Positions 9,970 through 18,626 of a stretch of DNA of 64,000 nt are shown here, piece by piece. Source of the stretch: an uncultured bacterium (GTDB lineage: Bacteria; Patescibacteriota; Minisyncoccia; UBA6257; 2-01-FULL-56-20); the NCBI GenBank assembly GCA_963844965.1, contig CAWJQC010000008.1, positions 92,185-156,184 on the forward strand. The letters are read 5' to 3'. Position numbers and translations under genes: made by a program. Position 1 is the stretch's first letter. Each line of letters starts with the position of its first letter. A model generated the notes under the pieces. The model saw only the letters and a list, made by a program, of their open reading frames with translations, searched no databases and was not told the DNA's origin.

Positions 9970-10287
9970 ATGGACATCGTTTTCTACCCAATACAGCCAT
10001 TCCGCGCTCTTAATCAGGAAGAGGCCAGAGCTGAGCTCGACGAACGCAAGGTCCGTCCTGCTTACACCGAGGAATTTCTGCGTTTTTGCATGACCAAGCT
10101 TGCATTGGATACCACCTGTAGCCGACAAATCGGCGGGGTGGTAGCTCTGAATGCCTACCGAGATGATTGCGGAGTTCGCGAATATCTTTGTCTGGATCGC
10201 CGCCTTGACGGCAATCCGGCATTGGGTTTCTGGCACCCCGAGCCGACTTTCCCTGGGACGTGGGCGTTTCTGGGAGTCAGGCCATAG
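9970..10287 (+). CDS. hypothetical protein (GC-rich cassette ORF 2; alternative GTG start 9919)
   Basis: 105-122 aa. A strong terminator follows directly. Confidence 0.4.
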   Translation: MDIVFYPIQPFRALNQEEARAELDERKVRPAYTEEFLRFCMTKLALDTTCSRQIGGVVALNAYRDDCGVREYLCLDRRLDGNPALGFWHPEPTFPGTWAFLGVRP

Positions 10288-10318
10288 GTTCAATCTTGCA
10301 GATCGAGCAACTGCTCGT

Positions 10319-10349
10319 CGCCACGACAAAAAAATCGTGGCGCTTTTTT
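10319..10349 (+). terminator. Rho-independent terminator
   Basis: GCCACGAcaaaaaaaTCGTGGC then GCTTTTTTA. Confidence 0.7.
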
Positions 10350-10363
10350 ACGAAAAACACCAG

Positions 10364-10390
10364 GGTGCCTCACTAAAGGACGTCAGAACC
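10364..10390 (+). repeat. E1 repeat copy b (GGTGCCTCACTAAAGGACGTCAGAACC)
   Basis: Follows a terminator, as in copy a. Confidence 0.7.
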
Positions 10391-10493
10391 AGAATAATCG
10401 GGGCGTTACTGAAAAATCGGTATATTTACATACCGGATTTAACTTTGCCAATAACTGCGAGGTAAAGGAATCTATCAGATTTGATAAGCTTCT

Positions 10494-10682
10494 TTACTTT
10501 CCGGCCTTGTCTAAAATCTTTGAACCTATGTTTATTGAACCGACCAAGACAACACCCGCCAGAATTGCATAAATAAGAGAAAATCCTATCGTATCAATCA
10601 AGTATAACGAGAACATAAAAGAAATGCAGACGATTATAATAGCCGGAATCCAAATCAACAAGTAGCCGAGGAGTTTTTTCAT
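10494..10682 (-). CDS. small two-TM membrane peptide (hypothetical)
   Basis: 62 aa, strongly hydrophobic. Confidence 0.35.
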   Translation of the reverse strand: MKKLLGYLLIWIPAIIIVCISFMFSLYLIDTIGFSLIYAILAGVVLVGSINIGSKILDKAGK

Positions 10683-10738
10683 AGATTTATTTTACCTTAT
10701 TTTACCCCACCCCACCACTCACCGTATCTCCAGGCATA

Positions 10739-10775
10739 TTTGAGCGGAAAAACGATATGACGATATATATTCCGG
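10739..10775 (+). promoter_or_regulatory. E2 repeat copy b: conserved promoter (TTGAGC-18-TATATA)
   Basis: tttgagcggaaaaacgatatgacgatatatattccgg. Lies upstream of ORF 10912. Confidence 0.55.
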
Positions 10776-10911
10776 ATGTAAAATCGCAAAATATTCCAGG
10801 CCATAGGCAGTATCGACAATTTTTCTCATCTGTTATATAAGGGATATAGGCCCGCCAGCAAGTATGCGGCGGATGAGGCAGTTTACATCATAAAACAAGG
10901 AGGCGAACGCA

Positions 10912-11316
10912 ATGCGACGATTTGGATTTCTGGCACTCTTTTTGGGAATGACCATTCTGGGGACGTCTGCGCTGGCGGGATCCGCCAAAGACGGCGAATA
11001 TGTTCTTGAAAAAAATCAAATACAACCCATGGGTGAAGATAAGAGCTGCGGTCCATATTTTATCCTGACCACATATGGCGGGCGTTCTGCGGAGAGGATT
11101 GTCTTTCATTTCGTTGACGATGATGGAAAGATTCAGGCCGACGCAATCAAGATTTCGATGGTTTCGGTCGTCGGCGACAAAGACAAAAAAGTCCCAACCG
11201 TTCAGTTCGAAAAAAACGAGGACGAGAGGACAATGATTTTGCGAATTAGCCCGGAGGACAGGCAAGAGGCAACCTGCCTTAAAGCCAAGAGCGACGATAC
11301 CAAAGGAGGCCGCTGA
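10912..11316 (+). CDS. secreted hypothetical protein (signal peptide)
   Basis: RBS AAGGAGG; N-terminal MRRFGFLALFLGMTILGTSALAGSA signal-peptide-like segment; 134 aa. Confidence 0.5.
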   Translation: MRRFGFLALFLGMTILGTSALAGSAKDGEYVLEKNQIQPMGEDKSCGPYFILTTYGGRSAERIVFHFVDDDGKIQADAIKISMVSVVGDKDKKVPTVQFEKNEDERTMILRISPEDRQEATCLKAKSDDTKGGR

Positions 11317-11340
11317 ATCTAAACGGCCCCTTTTTCTTTT
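11308..11340 (+). terminator. Rho-independent terminator overlapping the stop codon
   Basis: GGCCGctgaatctaaaCGGCC then CCTTTTTCTTTT. Confidence 0.6.
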
Positions 11341-11374
11341 CTCGACGCCCTAAAAATATCAACATTTTTCGCCG

Positions 11375-11401
11375 GGTGCCTCACTTGAGGATGTTATTGT
11401 T
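11375..11401 (+). repeat. E1 repeat copy c (GGTGCCTCACTTGAGGATGTTATTGTT)
   Basis: Follows a terminator. Confidence 0.6.
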
Positions 11402-11515
11402 TCGAAAAGAAAAAACCGCCTCGGAAAACCAAGACGGTCGATGCACGTTTCCAGTACATTGGCTTGAGTGAACGGACGGCGAGGGGTATAATGAAGTTAC
11501 TAAAGAAGAAATAGC

Positions 11516-11617
11516 ATGGCTCATCGCGGAGGCAAGAGAACGAAAAATAAGAGGAACCGAAAAGCACGGCGAAAGTTTAATAGTCGGGTTATTTTCCCGT
11601 CAGAAAGAAGGAGATGA
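11516..11617 (+). CDS. very basic 33-aa peptide (MAHRGGKRTKNKRNRKARRKF...), speculative
   Basis: Short ORF not in the track; no strong RBS. Confidence 0.15.
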   Translation: MAHRGGKRTKNKRNRKARRKFNSRVIFPSERRR

Positions 11618-11684
11618 TATCGTGGGCAGTCCGGTCGCGCCGACATGGTAGCCGTATCTGTCCCTCGATAATAAAAATACTTGG

Positions 11685-11711
11685 GGTGCCTTGTTGGATG
11701 TGTTTAGAACC
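11685..11711 (+). repeat. E1 repeat copy d (GGTGCCTTGTTGGATGTGTTTAGAACC; 3-nt deletion variant)
   Basis: Shares the GGTGCC…GTTTAGAACC ends. Confidence 0.5.
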
Positions 11712-11764
11712 GTGAATTGGAATGAATTACGGGAAGGTATGGCGAATTTAAGCTTTGTGGGCGG

Positions 11765-12181
11765 TTAATAAACCCAGATTCCAATAGCAAGCAGGATAAT
11801 CCGCACGAGCATAAAGGCAATTAAGTGGAGCATATAAAATATACCCTTTTCGAACATATCAATGCCCCAAATTTTGAAACAGATAAGAATGACGGCGGAG
11901 TGGACGATAAGGTAAGAGAAACTGCCAATTATCCGGTTGACAGATGGAGGAAGGCCGTTGGATTGGCGCATCCTTCCGAAAGTCATTGCGGTAAAAACGA
12001 CAGAAACCAACACGAGGAAGATACCGATTACGATCGTTGGGATGAGGGGTGAAATAAACGATTGCCACAATTGCACGAAAGGCGCATCAAGGGCGTTAAA
12101 TATCGGCTGGAGCATTTGGGTCGCCGAGGCGACAGCGCTGGAGGAATACACTGGGAAGATAACCGGCGGTGTAGATGTCAT
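11765..12181 (-). CDS. hypothetical integral membrane protein
   Basis: 138 aa, 4 hydrophobic segments. Confidence 0.45.
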   Translation of the reverse strand: MTSTPPVIFPVYSSSAVASATQMLQPIFNALDAPFVQLWQSFISPLIPTIVIGIFLVLVSVVFTAMTFGRMRQSNGLPPSVNRIIGSFSYLIVHSAVILICFKIWGIDMFEKGIFYMLHLIAFMLVRIILLAIGIWVY

Positions 12182-12246
12182 CCCAGCAACATACAGCAGT
12201 TATGGCGGGCTGGTCAATTGGTGGCCGCGGGTTATATAATATCTTT

Positions 12247-13482
12247 AATGAAAATCGAGAGCCAAAAACTCAACGTAACCGAGGCGTTTAAAAACTTCTA
12301 TTACATCGTCCCGCCGTATCAGCGGGAGTATGTTTGGAAGGAGAGAAACGTTGCCCAGTTATTTAACGATATTTACGACGAATATACCAACGATAAAAAC
12401 TCCGAATACTTTATCGGCAGTATCGTCGTAAATAAGCGTGAGGATGGCACATACGAAGTGATCGACGGCCAACAGCGATTAACCACTTTATTTATTAGTC
12501 TTTGTGCGCTTAAACGTGTGTTCAAAAATTCCCAAGATCATTTAAGCGTTATAGAAAATCTGCTCACTTCCCCGACGACGAACGATAAAGGCGAAATCAT
12601 CCGCAGCTCCCATCTTGAACTGCAATATGAAGGCACAGCAGACATTTTACGCGATATTTTGAATGACAAGGAATTAAGCAAAAAAACGTCTGGTTCGGCA
12701 GAACACATCAAAGAAGCCCTCGAAACCATCCTCGAATACCTGAACGCAAACTTCAAAACAGAAAATGACCGAACGCGGTTTTATGGATATTTTATGCACA
12801 AGGTAAATTTTGTGCAGATTGAAACGCCGAGCGTGAGCGACGCTTTGAAAATTTTTGAAACGATCAATGAGCGCGGCGTTGGCCTGAATCCGATGGATTT
12901 GCTCAAAAATTTGATATTTCAGCAATTGCCACGCGACGAGTTTCAAAAGGTTAATGTCGAATGGAAGAAAATAACGAGGACGTTGGAAAAGAATGGGCAG
13001 AAGCCACTCCGCTTTTTACGCTACTTCATAATGGCCAACTATCAGGTCAAGGATACTAAAGACGTCGAGGTTGTGCGTGAGGACGAGATTTACGACTGGG
13101 TGGTAAGACACGCCGAGGTTTGCGGCTATAGGAAAGATCCATTCGGGTTTGTGGGAAAAATCGCCACAGATGCCGAAGCCTACGTTTCATTTTTCAACGG
13201 TATGACGCTGGAGGGCAAGAATAGCGTCGAATTGGAAAACATCAGGAGCTTGGGCGGCGGTGCATTCAGCCAACATTTAGTTATGCTGCTTGCGGCCAAA
13301 GAGTTGCCCGAAGACCTTTTTCTTCATCTCGTTCGACAGGTGGAAAGCTTATCTTTTACTACTTCATTACGAAAACTCCCGCGAAAGCACTGGAAGCCCG
13401 TTTTTCCCGATGGGCGGATGATTTGCGTGATGTAGCGGGCGATGCAGATCAAAAAGCCGCCCTCAATAAATTCATAATGTAA
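12247..13482 (+). CDS. DUF262 (ParB-like nuclease / GmrSD-BrxU N-terminal domain) protein, frameshifted near 13345 and ending inside the IS3 terminal repeat
   Basis: N-terminal YYIVPPYQREYVWK…VIDGQQRLTTLF is the DUF262 signature (DGQQR). The alternate frame after ~13350 reads …LIFYYFITKTPAKALEARFSRWADDLRDVAGDADQKAALNKFIM*. No DUF1524/HNH-like C-terminal domain is present. Confidence 0.7.
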
Positions 13483-13534
13483 AGGATAGGTTTCTTTAGA
13501 CAGTGATTCGACGGCTTTTTGCCGTTTTTTTTCG

Positions 13535-14317
13535 TTAAGCCGCAATCTTCTCGGCAAACACGGACGGCGGCATCTTGAGGGCGGAGTGGATCCGCGTGTG
13601 GTTGTACTGCCACAAGGTGCTGTAGATCTCCGCCACGAGCTCGCCGAAGGTCCCGAACCGGTTGGGATCACCGAGGTCAATCTTGAACTTGTCATAGAAC
13701 GATTCCTGGTAGCCGTTTTCCCATGGGGCACCGGGCCGCGACCGCGAGATCGTGATGCCACAGTCCCCCAGTGTATCGGTGAACGCTCGTGCCTTGTACT
13801 CGCTGCCGTTGTCCGAATGGAAGATGACCGGATGCGGATGGTGGAAAAGCGCGTTGGCCAGGGTCTGTATCGTGAGGGGCGATCCTTTCCGCAACGCCAC
13901 ATGGACGCCCATCAATCGTCTCGTGAAAAGATCGAGTATCGTGGACACGTACACTTTCTTGCCGCGATACAGGAACTCCGTGAAATCGGTTGCCCAGACG
14001 TGGTTCGCGTACGAGGGCATGATGGCAAGTAAGAGGTTCGGAAAGGCCCGCGATGCCTTTGATTTCCGGTATTTCCTGCCTCGCCTCCGGTACGGCCTTA
14101 TGCCGAAGATTCGCATGACGCGCTGCGCTCGCGGACGGCTCACGCCCAGAGCTTGTCCCAAGCGCCGGGAACCGTATGCCGGATGGCGCTGCAATTCTTC
14201 TTCCATGCGGATCTTGAGCGCCCAATCTTTCTTGTCCTGCCGTGATACGTAGTAGAGCGATGCCCGCGAGACGCCCATGGCCCGCGCCATGGCGGACTTG
14301 TTCCGCTTTTCCGTCAA
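13535..14317 (-). CDS. IS3-family transposase OrfB (DDE integrase core, rve domain), expressed as OrfAB fusion by -1 frameshift
   Basis: HSDNGSEYKARAF…ITISRSRPGAPWENGYQESF (DDE/rve). The -1 frame from the CCAAAAAAAG heptamer gives KELTEKRNKSAMARA, which continues OrfB. Confidence 0.8.
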   Translation of the reverse strand: MTEKRNKSAMARAMGVSRASLYYVSRQDKKDWALKIRMEEELQRHPAYGSRRLGQALGVSRPRAQRVMRIFGIRPYRRRGRKYRKSKASRAFPNLLLAIMPSYANHVWATDFTEFLYRGKKVYVSTILDLFTRRLMGVHVALRKGSPLTIQTLANALFHHPHPVIFHSDNGSEYKARAFTDTLGDCGITISRSRPGAPWENGYQESFYDKFKIDLGDPNRFGTFGELVAEIYSTLWQYNHTRIHSALKMPPSVFAEKIAA

Positions 14318-14577
14318 TTCTTTTTTTGGGCCTGGGAGAGCTTCACGGTGAGCTCGCCCACCACTTCAAACAGCTCCCTGTTCTGCTTCTGGAGACGGCT
14401 GAACTCGCCCCAGGAAGGGACGCCCGATGCTCCTGCGCCTAGCCAATTGTAGATGGTGGACTCGTGCAAACCGTGGTCCTTCGCAGCCTGCGCTACGGGG
14501 ACTCCTTCTTCCTTCACCCGGCGGAGGATGTCCGCCTTCACTTCCTTCGCAATCCGATGCCCTTTTTTGTTGCTCAT
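14314..14577 (-). CDS. IS3-family transposase OrfA (HTH)
   Basis: 87 aa, helix-turn-helix. Ends KLSQAQKKN* at the A7G slippery run (plus 14320-14328). Confidence 0.8.
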   Translation of the reverse strand: MSNKKGHRIAKEVKADILRRVKEEGVPVAQAAKDHGLHESTIYNWLGAGASGVPSWGEFSRLQKQNRELFEVVGELTVKLSQAQKKN

Positions 14578-14719
14578 GACACAATGGTAGTTTGTTTCGA
14601 CCTTTGTGTCTAAATTATCCTATCCGGGTCAGTTGAACTCAAAACAGTTTGCCATCAATGCGGATTATTGTTATAAACAAGGCAGCATGACGCCACCCAA
14701 AGCGAAACAAGGAGAGGGA

Positions 14720-15427
14720 ATGAATTTGAAGCTCGGCTTTTCTACCGGCTGTTTACATAGGGCACAATTGCATATTCGTGAGAAGCTGGCCATCATTCAA
14801 AAAATGGGCTGTCGCGCCGTGGAGCTCGGATATGTCAGACTGAAGGATTTCAATTCCGGCGAGCTTGAAACGATAACGACCGAGAATCTCCACGATTTTG
14901 ATCATGTCAGCTTACACGCACCAAAGTTCGATTATGGCAACAACGATGGAACTATCGGGATATTCGAACGAATACGAAAACTGAACAGGGTAAGAAAATT
15001 GGACCTGGTTGTTTTTCACCCCGACACCATCGTCGATCTAGACGTTTTTACGAGAGCCGATTTCAATGTGGCTCTTGAGAACACGGACAACAGAAAAGAA
15101 TTTTGTCGGCGCCCAGAAGAGTTAGAACGATTACTTGCTGGCAACAACTTCGGATTTGTCCTCGATGTAAACCATGTATACAGCAATGATGCCTCGATGA
15201 GGATGGCTGCCGAGTTTTATAAAAAGCTTGGCGGTAGGATTTCCGAGGTTCATCTGAGTGGTTATCGTGGTTACCACGAGCCGCTTTTTGAAACGAAGCA
15301 AGTCGAAATTGTACAGTCAATAATAGATTTCGGCGTGCCGATAATCGTGGAGGGAGAACTGACCCCGGAAAATATCCAAAGTGAACAAGAATATATTCTG
15401 GGCATCATCGGCGGGCTTGAACAATAG
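14720..15427 (+). CDS. sugar phosphate isomerase/epimerase (xylose-isomerase-like TIM barrel)
   Basis: RBS AAGGAGAGGG then ATG 14720. MNLKLGFSTGCL…VELGY…VFHP…HLSGY is the pattern of the AP-endonuclease-2/TIM-barrel family. Confidence 0.55.
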   Translation: MNLKLGFSTGCLHRAQLHIREKLAIIQKMGCRAVELGYVRLKDFNSGELETITTENLHDFDHVSLHAPKFDYGNNDGTIGIFERIRKLNRVRKLDLVVFHPDTIVDLDVFTRADFNVALENTDNRKEFCRRPEELERLLAGNNFGFVLDVNHVYSNDASMRMAAEFYKKLGGRISEVHLSGYRGYHEPLFETKQVEIVQSIIDFGVPIIVEGELTPENIQSEQEYILGIIGGLEQ

Positions 15428-15580
15428 GTCCGCTTTTTGTTTTTCCCACTTCTGACAAATGAACTTTGTGTACGTCGTGTACGTCCTACGGGACCGGGGT
15501 AATTGCCCCGTTCAGCAGTCCTGGCAGTTTTTGCAAGTATTCCCCGAGTCCCAATAATGTCCACTATTTCCACCAAAAAT

Positions 15581-15614
15581 AAAACGTCCCATTATAACGG
15601 GACGTTTTATTTTT
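15581..15614. terminator. bidirectional Rho-independent terminator between convergent genes
   Basis: AAAACGTCCCattataaCGGGACGTTTTATTTTT. Confidence 0.7.
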
Positions 15615-16170
15615 GTACATTCTGCACTCTCTCCACGTTGGCGCGGCGCAAAAGTTCGTCGCGGATCTTTTCGGCAACATCCTTGTCCAGGGCCGGCAAA
15701 ATTCCTTCCGCTTCGCCGGTCTCTCCGGCTTCCTCGTGGCCGGCGGTCAAAATCGTAAGCCTACTCAAGCCGAACATCTGGTAAGACAAGTCGCGTTCGA
15801 TCGTCGCATCCTGAATCTGCCTATAAGGTACGGCGATTTCCTCCTTGTTGAATATTCCCCTCTTAATTTTCAAAGCGTTGTCGCCGAGGCAAAATTTATA
15901 ATTCACGTACACAAGCCAGCCGACGAACGCAGTCACAAGGAAGACCGCAACAAATAAAGCGAACCCGAAAAAACATATCACATACATGTTCAAAGTAAAC
16001 AAATTAAAAACATTCAGGGGCCCTGTTCCCTTTCCGACAAAAAACAACCCTAGAGAAACGAGCAAGACAATCATCGCGAGCCAGCTGCGGTCAAAAATAA
16101 AAAGCCAAAGCGTTTTGCTTCCCAAATTTTCATATTTTTCGGCGCTTGCGACCTCCGGTGTGTCGGGCAT
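15607..16170 (-). CDS. membrane protein with bacterial PH (YdbS/YdbT-like) domain (start at MPDT; track ORF extends to 16254)
   Basis: Two TM helices, then a PH-like domain pattern (…DLSYQMFGLSRLTILTAG). Confidence 0.45.
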   Translation of the reverse strand: MPDTPEVASAEKYENLGSKTLWLFIFDRSWLAMIVLLVSLGLFFVGKGTGPLNVFNLFTLNMYVICFFGFALFVAVFLVTAFVGWLVYVNYKFCLGDNALKIKRGIFNKEEIAVPYRQIQDATIERDLSYQMFGLSRLTILTAGHEEAGETGEAEGILPALDKDVAEKIRDELLRRANVERVQNVQK

Positions 16171-16240
16171 AAATTTATTATACCAAATACCAACTGAAAC
16201 CAGAAATAAAAACGCCCCGAGTCTGATCGGGGCGCAGGTA

Positions 16241-17278
16241 TCAGACAATAACATCTCTTAGCTCTTTGGCCGCGATTTCCGGCGGCACCGGATTGATGTA
16301 CATCTCGGTGTTAATCTCAAAACCGGCCAATTTGGTCATCCTCGGCTTGATCTCAAAATGCCAATGGAAATCATGCTCAATGGTGGATCCATTAGAACGC
16401 TCGTCATTATGGAACCAGGGAGCGGTGTGTAACACGATATTGAAATTGGCATCATTCGTAGCCGATCTGAGTTTCGTAAGTAATTGCACAAACGCCTCCG
16501 CGAGTTCTTCCACTCTCCCCCGAATCTGCATATATTGCTCGAAACAATGATGATGGAGGTCCCGCTTCGGCGCAAGCCATAATTCGTAGGGAAGCTCGCC
16601 GGCGAAATAACACCAGGCGACGAGAGATTTGTTTTCCCAAACAATTCTTTCCTGTGCCGCGTATTCGTCGTCAATAATCCGGCACAACAGGCAGCATCTT
16701 TTCTTGCTGTAATAGTGGCGGGAGTTGTCCAGCTTCTGCATGATGCTGGGTGGCACGATCGGCATGACGATCAATTGCGAATGCGGATGCTCCAACGAAG
16801 TGCCGGCTTCTTTGCCGTGATTCTTGAACAAGACCGGGTATTTAAACCTGTCGTCCACCGAAAACGCGAGCATGCGCAATTTCCACGCCGTGATCAGGAC
16901 CTTCCAGTCATTTGCCGTAAAATCCGCAGGGTGACGGTGGTCTTCGTAGGGATGGTCAACTATCACTTCATGCGCACCAACGCCGTTTTCTATCCAAAAT
17001 TCGCTGAAGCCGACTCTTCTCAATTCCGCGTAATACTCAAGCACATTGAACATATTTGGAGTCACTCTCACGTGCCAATCCGTGCCCTGCGTTTCGGAAA
17101 GATCGGCTTTCAGTGCCAAGATCGTTGAAGGCGTCTTGTGTTCGTTACCGCGGCAAAAAACGCATACATCTTTATCGCCCAAACCATGCGGCCTCCCCGC
17201 TCTCCTTTTATCCATGGCCACAACAACCCAGTTCCCGCTCATCGGGTCTGACCGAAACTTATGAGTAGGATCCAACAT
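16241..17278 (-). CDS. galT: galactose-1-phosphate uridylyltransferase (HIT-family GalT)
   Basis: FKNHGKEAGTSLEHPHSQL (HPHxQ active site). RBS AAGGAGGG before ATG 17278. Confidence 0.8.
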   Translation of the reverse strand: MLDPTHKFRSDPMSGNWVVVAMDKRRAGRPHGLGDKDVCVFCRGNEHKTPSTILALKADLSETQGTDWHVRVTPNMFNVLEYYAELRRVGFSEFWIENGVGAHEVIVDHPYEDHRHPADFTANDWKVLITAWKLRMLAFSVDDRFKYPVLFKNHGKEAGTSLEHPHSQLIVMPIVPPSIMQKLDNSRHYYSKKRCCLLCRIIDDEYAAQERIVWENKSLVAWCYFAGELPYELWLAPKRDLHHHCFEQYMQIRGRVEELAEAFVQLLTKLRSATNDANFNIVLHTAPWFHNDERSNGSTIEHDFHWHFEIKPRMTKLAGFEINTEMYINPVPPEIAAKELRDVIV

Positions 17279-17492
17279 TGTGGTTCCCTCCTTTGTAAAA
17301 AAGCTGATGCTCAACTGTTAGTTATTATAATTCCCATTCACCGCCGATGTCCACCGCCCTTCTCCGCAATTTTGACAAATTGCTGACCGTCGCGTAGTAT
17401 TAAGAAGATTGCGCAGTCAAAAGAGGGTTCAAAAGCCCCATTAAAAAGCCATAATCAAGCCCAGAATAAACAGCCAAATAATCGCGCAGGAA

Positions 17493-17955
17493 TTGCGCGT
17501 GATAGACGAAAGCGGGAAGAACCTCGGCGTATTGAAGCGGGAGGAGGCGCTTGCCTTGGTGAGGCCCGGGTCGGGAATCGATTTGATAGAAATCTCGCCG
17601 AACGCGAAGCCGCCGGTCGCGCGGCTCATGAGCTACGACAAATATCGTTACGAGGCGGAGAAGAAAGAAAAAGGAGCGCCTCGCGCAAAAAGGCGCCGGT
17701 ACAAAACAGGTGCAAATAAGCGCCCGCGCCGCCACGAATGATCTCCTGATAAAAATCCGCCAGCTGGAAAAATTCCTTGCCGAAGGCCACCAAGTTGAGG
17801 TGCATATGCGCCTCAGGGGGCGCGAAAAATATAATAAGGACTGGGCACGGAAGAAACTTAACGATTTTATGAAGATGATAACAACCGAATATAAGGTGGT
17901 AAGCGAACCGAAATTCGGCGGGAGAGGAATGATAATGCAAATAACCAAAAAATAA
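17493..17955 (+). CDS. infC: translation initiation factor IF-3, split by a frameshift in an A5 run near 17683
   Basis: N-part LGVLKREEALALVRPGSGIDLIEISPNAKPPVARLMSYDKYRYE and C-part (17710..17955) …LIKIRQLEKFLAEGHQVEVHMRLRGRE…KVVSEPKFGGRGMIM match the IF3 N- and C-domains. Non-ATG start (TTG/GTG), as is common for infC. Confidence 0.8.
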
Positions 17956-17957
17956 AC

Positions 17958-18082
17958 CATGAATCCCGTTAGAAGCCACGGTCGCGTTGCGGAAAACACC
18001 TATCGGGATAAAAATAAGGATTGCGAATTATAAATATAACCATCAGCAGGCGCCGACCGCGACCTGCTTCTAACGGGATGAA
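17958..18082 (+). mobile_element. MITE-like element copy 3 (TIR TCCCGTTAGAAG / CTTCTAACGGG; 5-bp direct repeat ATGAA) between infC stop and rpmI start
   Basis: ATGAA-TCCCGTTAGAAG…(92 nt)…CTTCTAACGGG-ATGAA. The right ATG is the rpmI start codon. Confidence 0.6.
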
Positions 18083-18245
18083 AAAAAGTGTTTCCAAAAG
18101 AATCAGAATCACGAGGAACGGCAAAATGATGCGGCGGCCGATGGCCACCGATCATTTTCGCACGCGCCACACGCAAAAAAATATAAGGCGTAAATCAAAA
18201 ACGCTCGGAGTTGACTATCCGAGGAAAAAAATCGTAAACTACTAA
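18078..18245 (+). CDS. rpmI: 50S ribosomal protein L35
   Basis: MKKSVSKRIRITRNGKMMRRPMATDHFRTRHTQKNIRRKSK… is basic and L35-like. Sits in the infC-rpmI-rplT order. Confidence 0.75.
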   Translation: MKKSVSKRIRITRNGKMMRRPMATDHFRTRHTQKNIRRKSKTLGVDYPRKKIVNY

Positions 18246-18248
18246 GCA

Positions 18249-18593
18249 ATGCCAAGGGTTAAGAGAGGAGTAAACGCGACAAAAAAACGGGAGCGGCTTC
18301 TCCGATACACGAAGGGTTTCCGCTGGGGAAGAAAATCAAAGGAGCGTGCGGCGAAAGAAGCTCTGCTTCACGCATGGACACACGCTTTCCGGGGGCGGAA
18401 AGAAAAAAAGCGGGATTACCGCGGGCTTTGGAATGTCCGCATCAACGCCGCTGCCCGCGCCGAAGGCACAAAATACAGCAAACTTATTGCCGATCTCAAA
18501 AAGAAAAACGTGAGGCTCGATCGGAAAATCCTGGCGGAACTCGCCGCTAACGAACCGGCAGTGTTCAAAAAAATTGTGGAATTCGCGAAATAA
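18249..18593 (+). CDS. rplT: 50S ribosomal protein L20
   Basis: MPRVKRGVNATKKRERLL…NVRINAAAR…VRLDRKILAELA is the L20 signature. Confidence 0.9.
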   Translation: MPRVKRGVNATKKRERLLRYTKGFRWGRKSKERAAKEALLHAWTHAFRGRKEKKRDYRGLWNVRINAAARAEGTKYSKLIADLKKKNVRLDRKILAELAANEPAVFKKIVEFAK

Positions 18594-18622
18594 AAGCTCC
18601 GGAATTGCGCCGGAGCTTTTTG
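18593..18622. terminator. bidirectional Rho-independent terminator
   Basis: AAAAGCTCCGGaattgcgCCGGAGCTTTTT. Confidence 0.7.
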
Positions 18623-18626
18623 ATTC

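Larger units (their letters stand above)
13478..14631 (-). mobile_element. IS3-family insertion sequence (about 1.15 kb) with imperfect terminal inverted repeats TG…GGATAGG…TTTAGACA
   Basis: Left end TGTAAAGGATAGGtttcTTTAGACA (13478-) matches the reverse complement of the right end (…14631 TGACCCGGATAGGataaTTTAGACA). It encodes orfA and orfB. Confidence 0.75.

Noticed and set aside
10151-10465. Track ORF 10151..10465 (104 aa)
   Set aside because: It overlaps ORF 9970..10287 by 137 nt, runs straight through a canonical Rho-independent terminator, and then through repeat E1b.
9395-11711. E1 repeats as integron attC sites or as protein-coding paralogous motifs (GASxxDVRT in one frame)
   Set aside because: The order of the GTTAGAA/TTCTAAC-like cores is opposite to attC R''/R', and no integron integrase or attI is in the window. 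The apparent coding conservation disappears because copy c is not in an ORF and copy b lies in an ORF that spans a strong terminator. A 3-nt indel in copy d is the only coding-like hint.
9395-11711. Diversity-generating retroelement (template/variable repeats)
   Set aside because: No reverse transcriptase nearby, and differences among copies are not adenine-specific.
13324-14252. ORFs 13324..13902(-), 13586..14032(+), 13692..14225(-), 13752..14252(+)
   Set aside because: All lie inside or antisense to the IS3 transposase genes; Arg/Pro-rich shadow frames.
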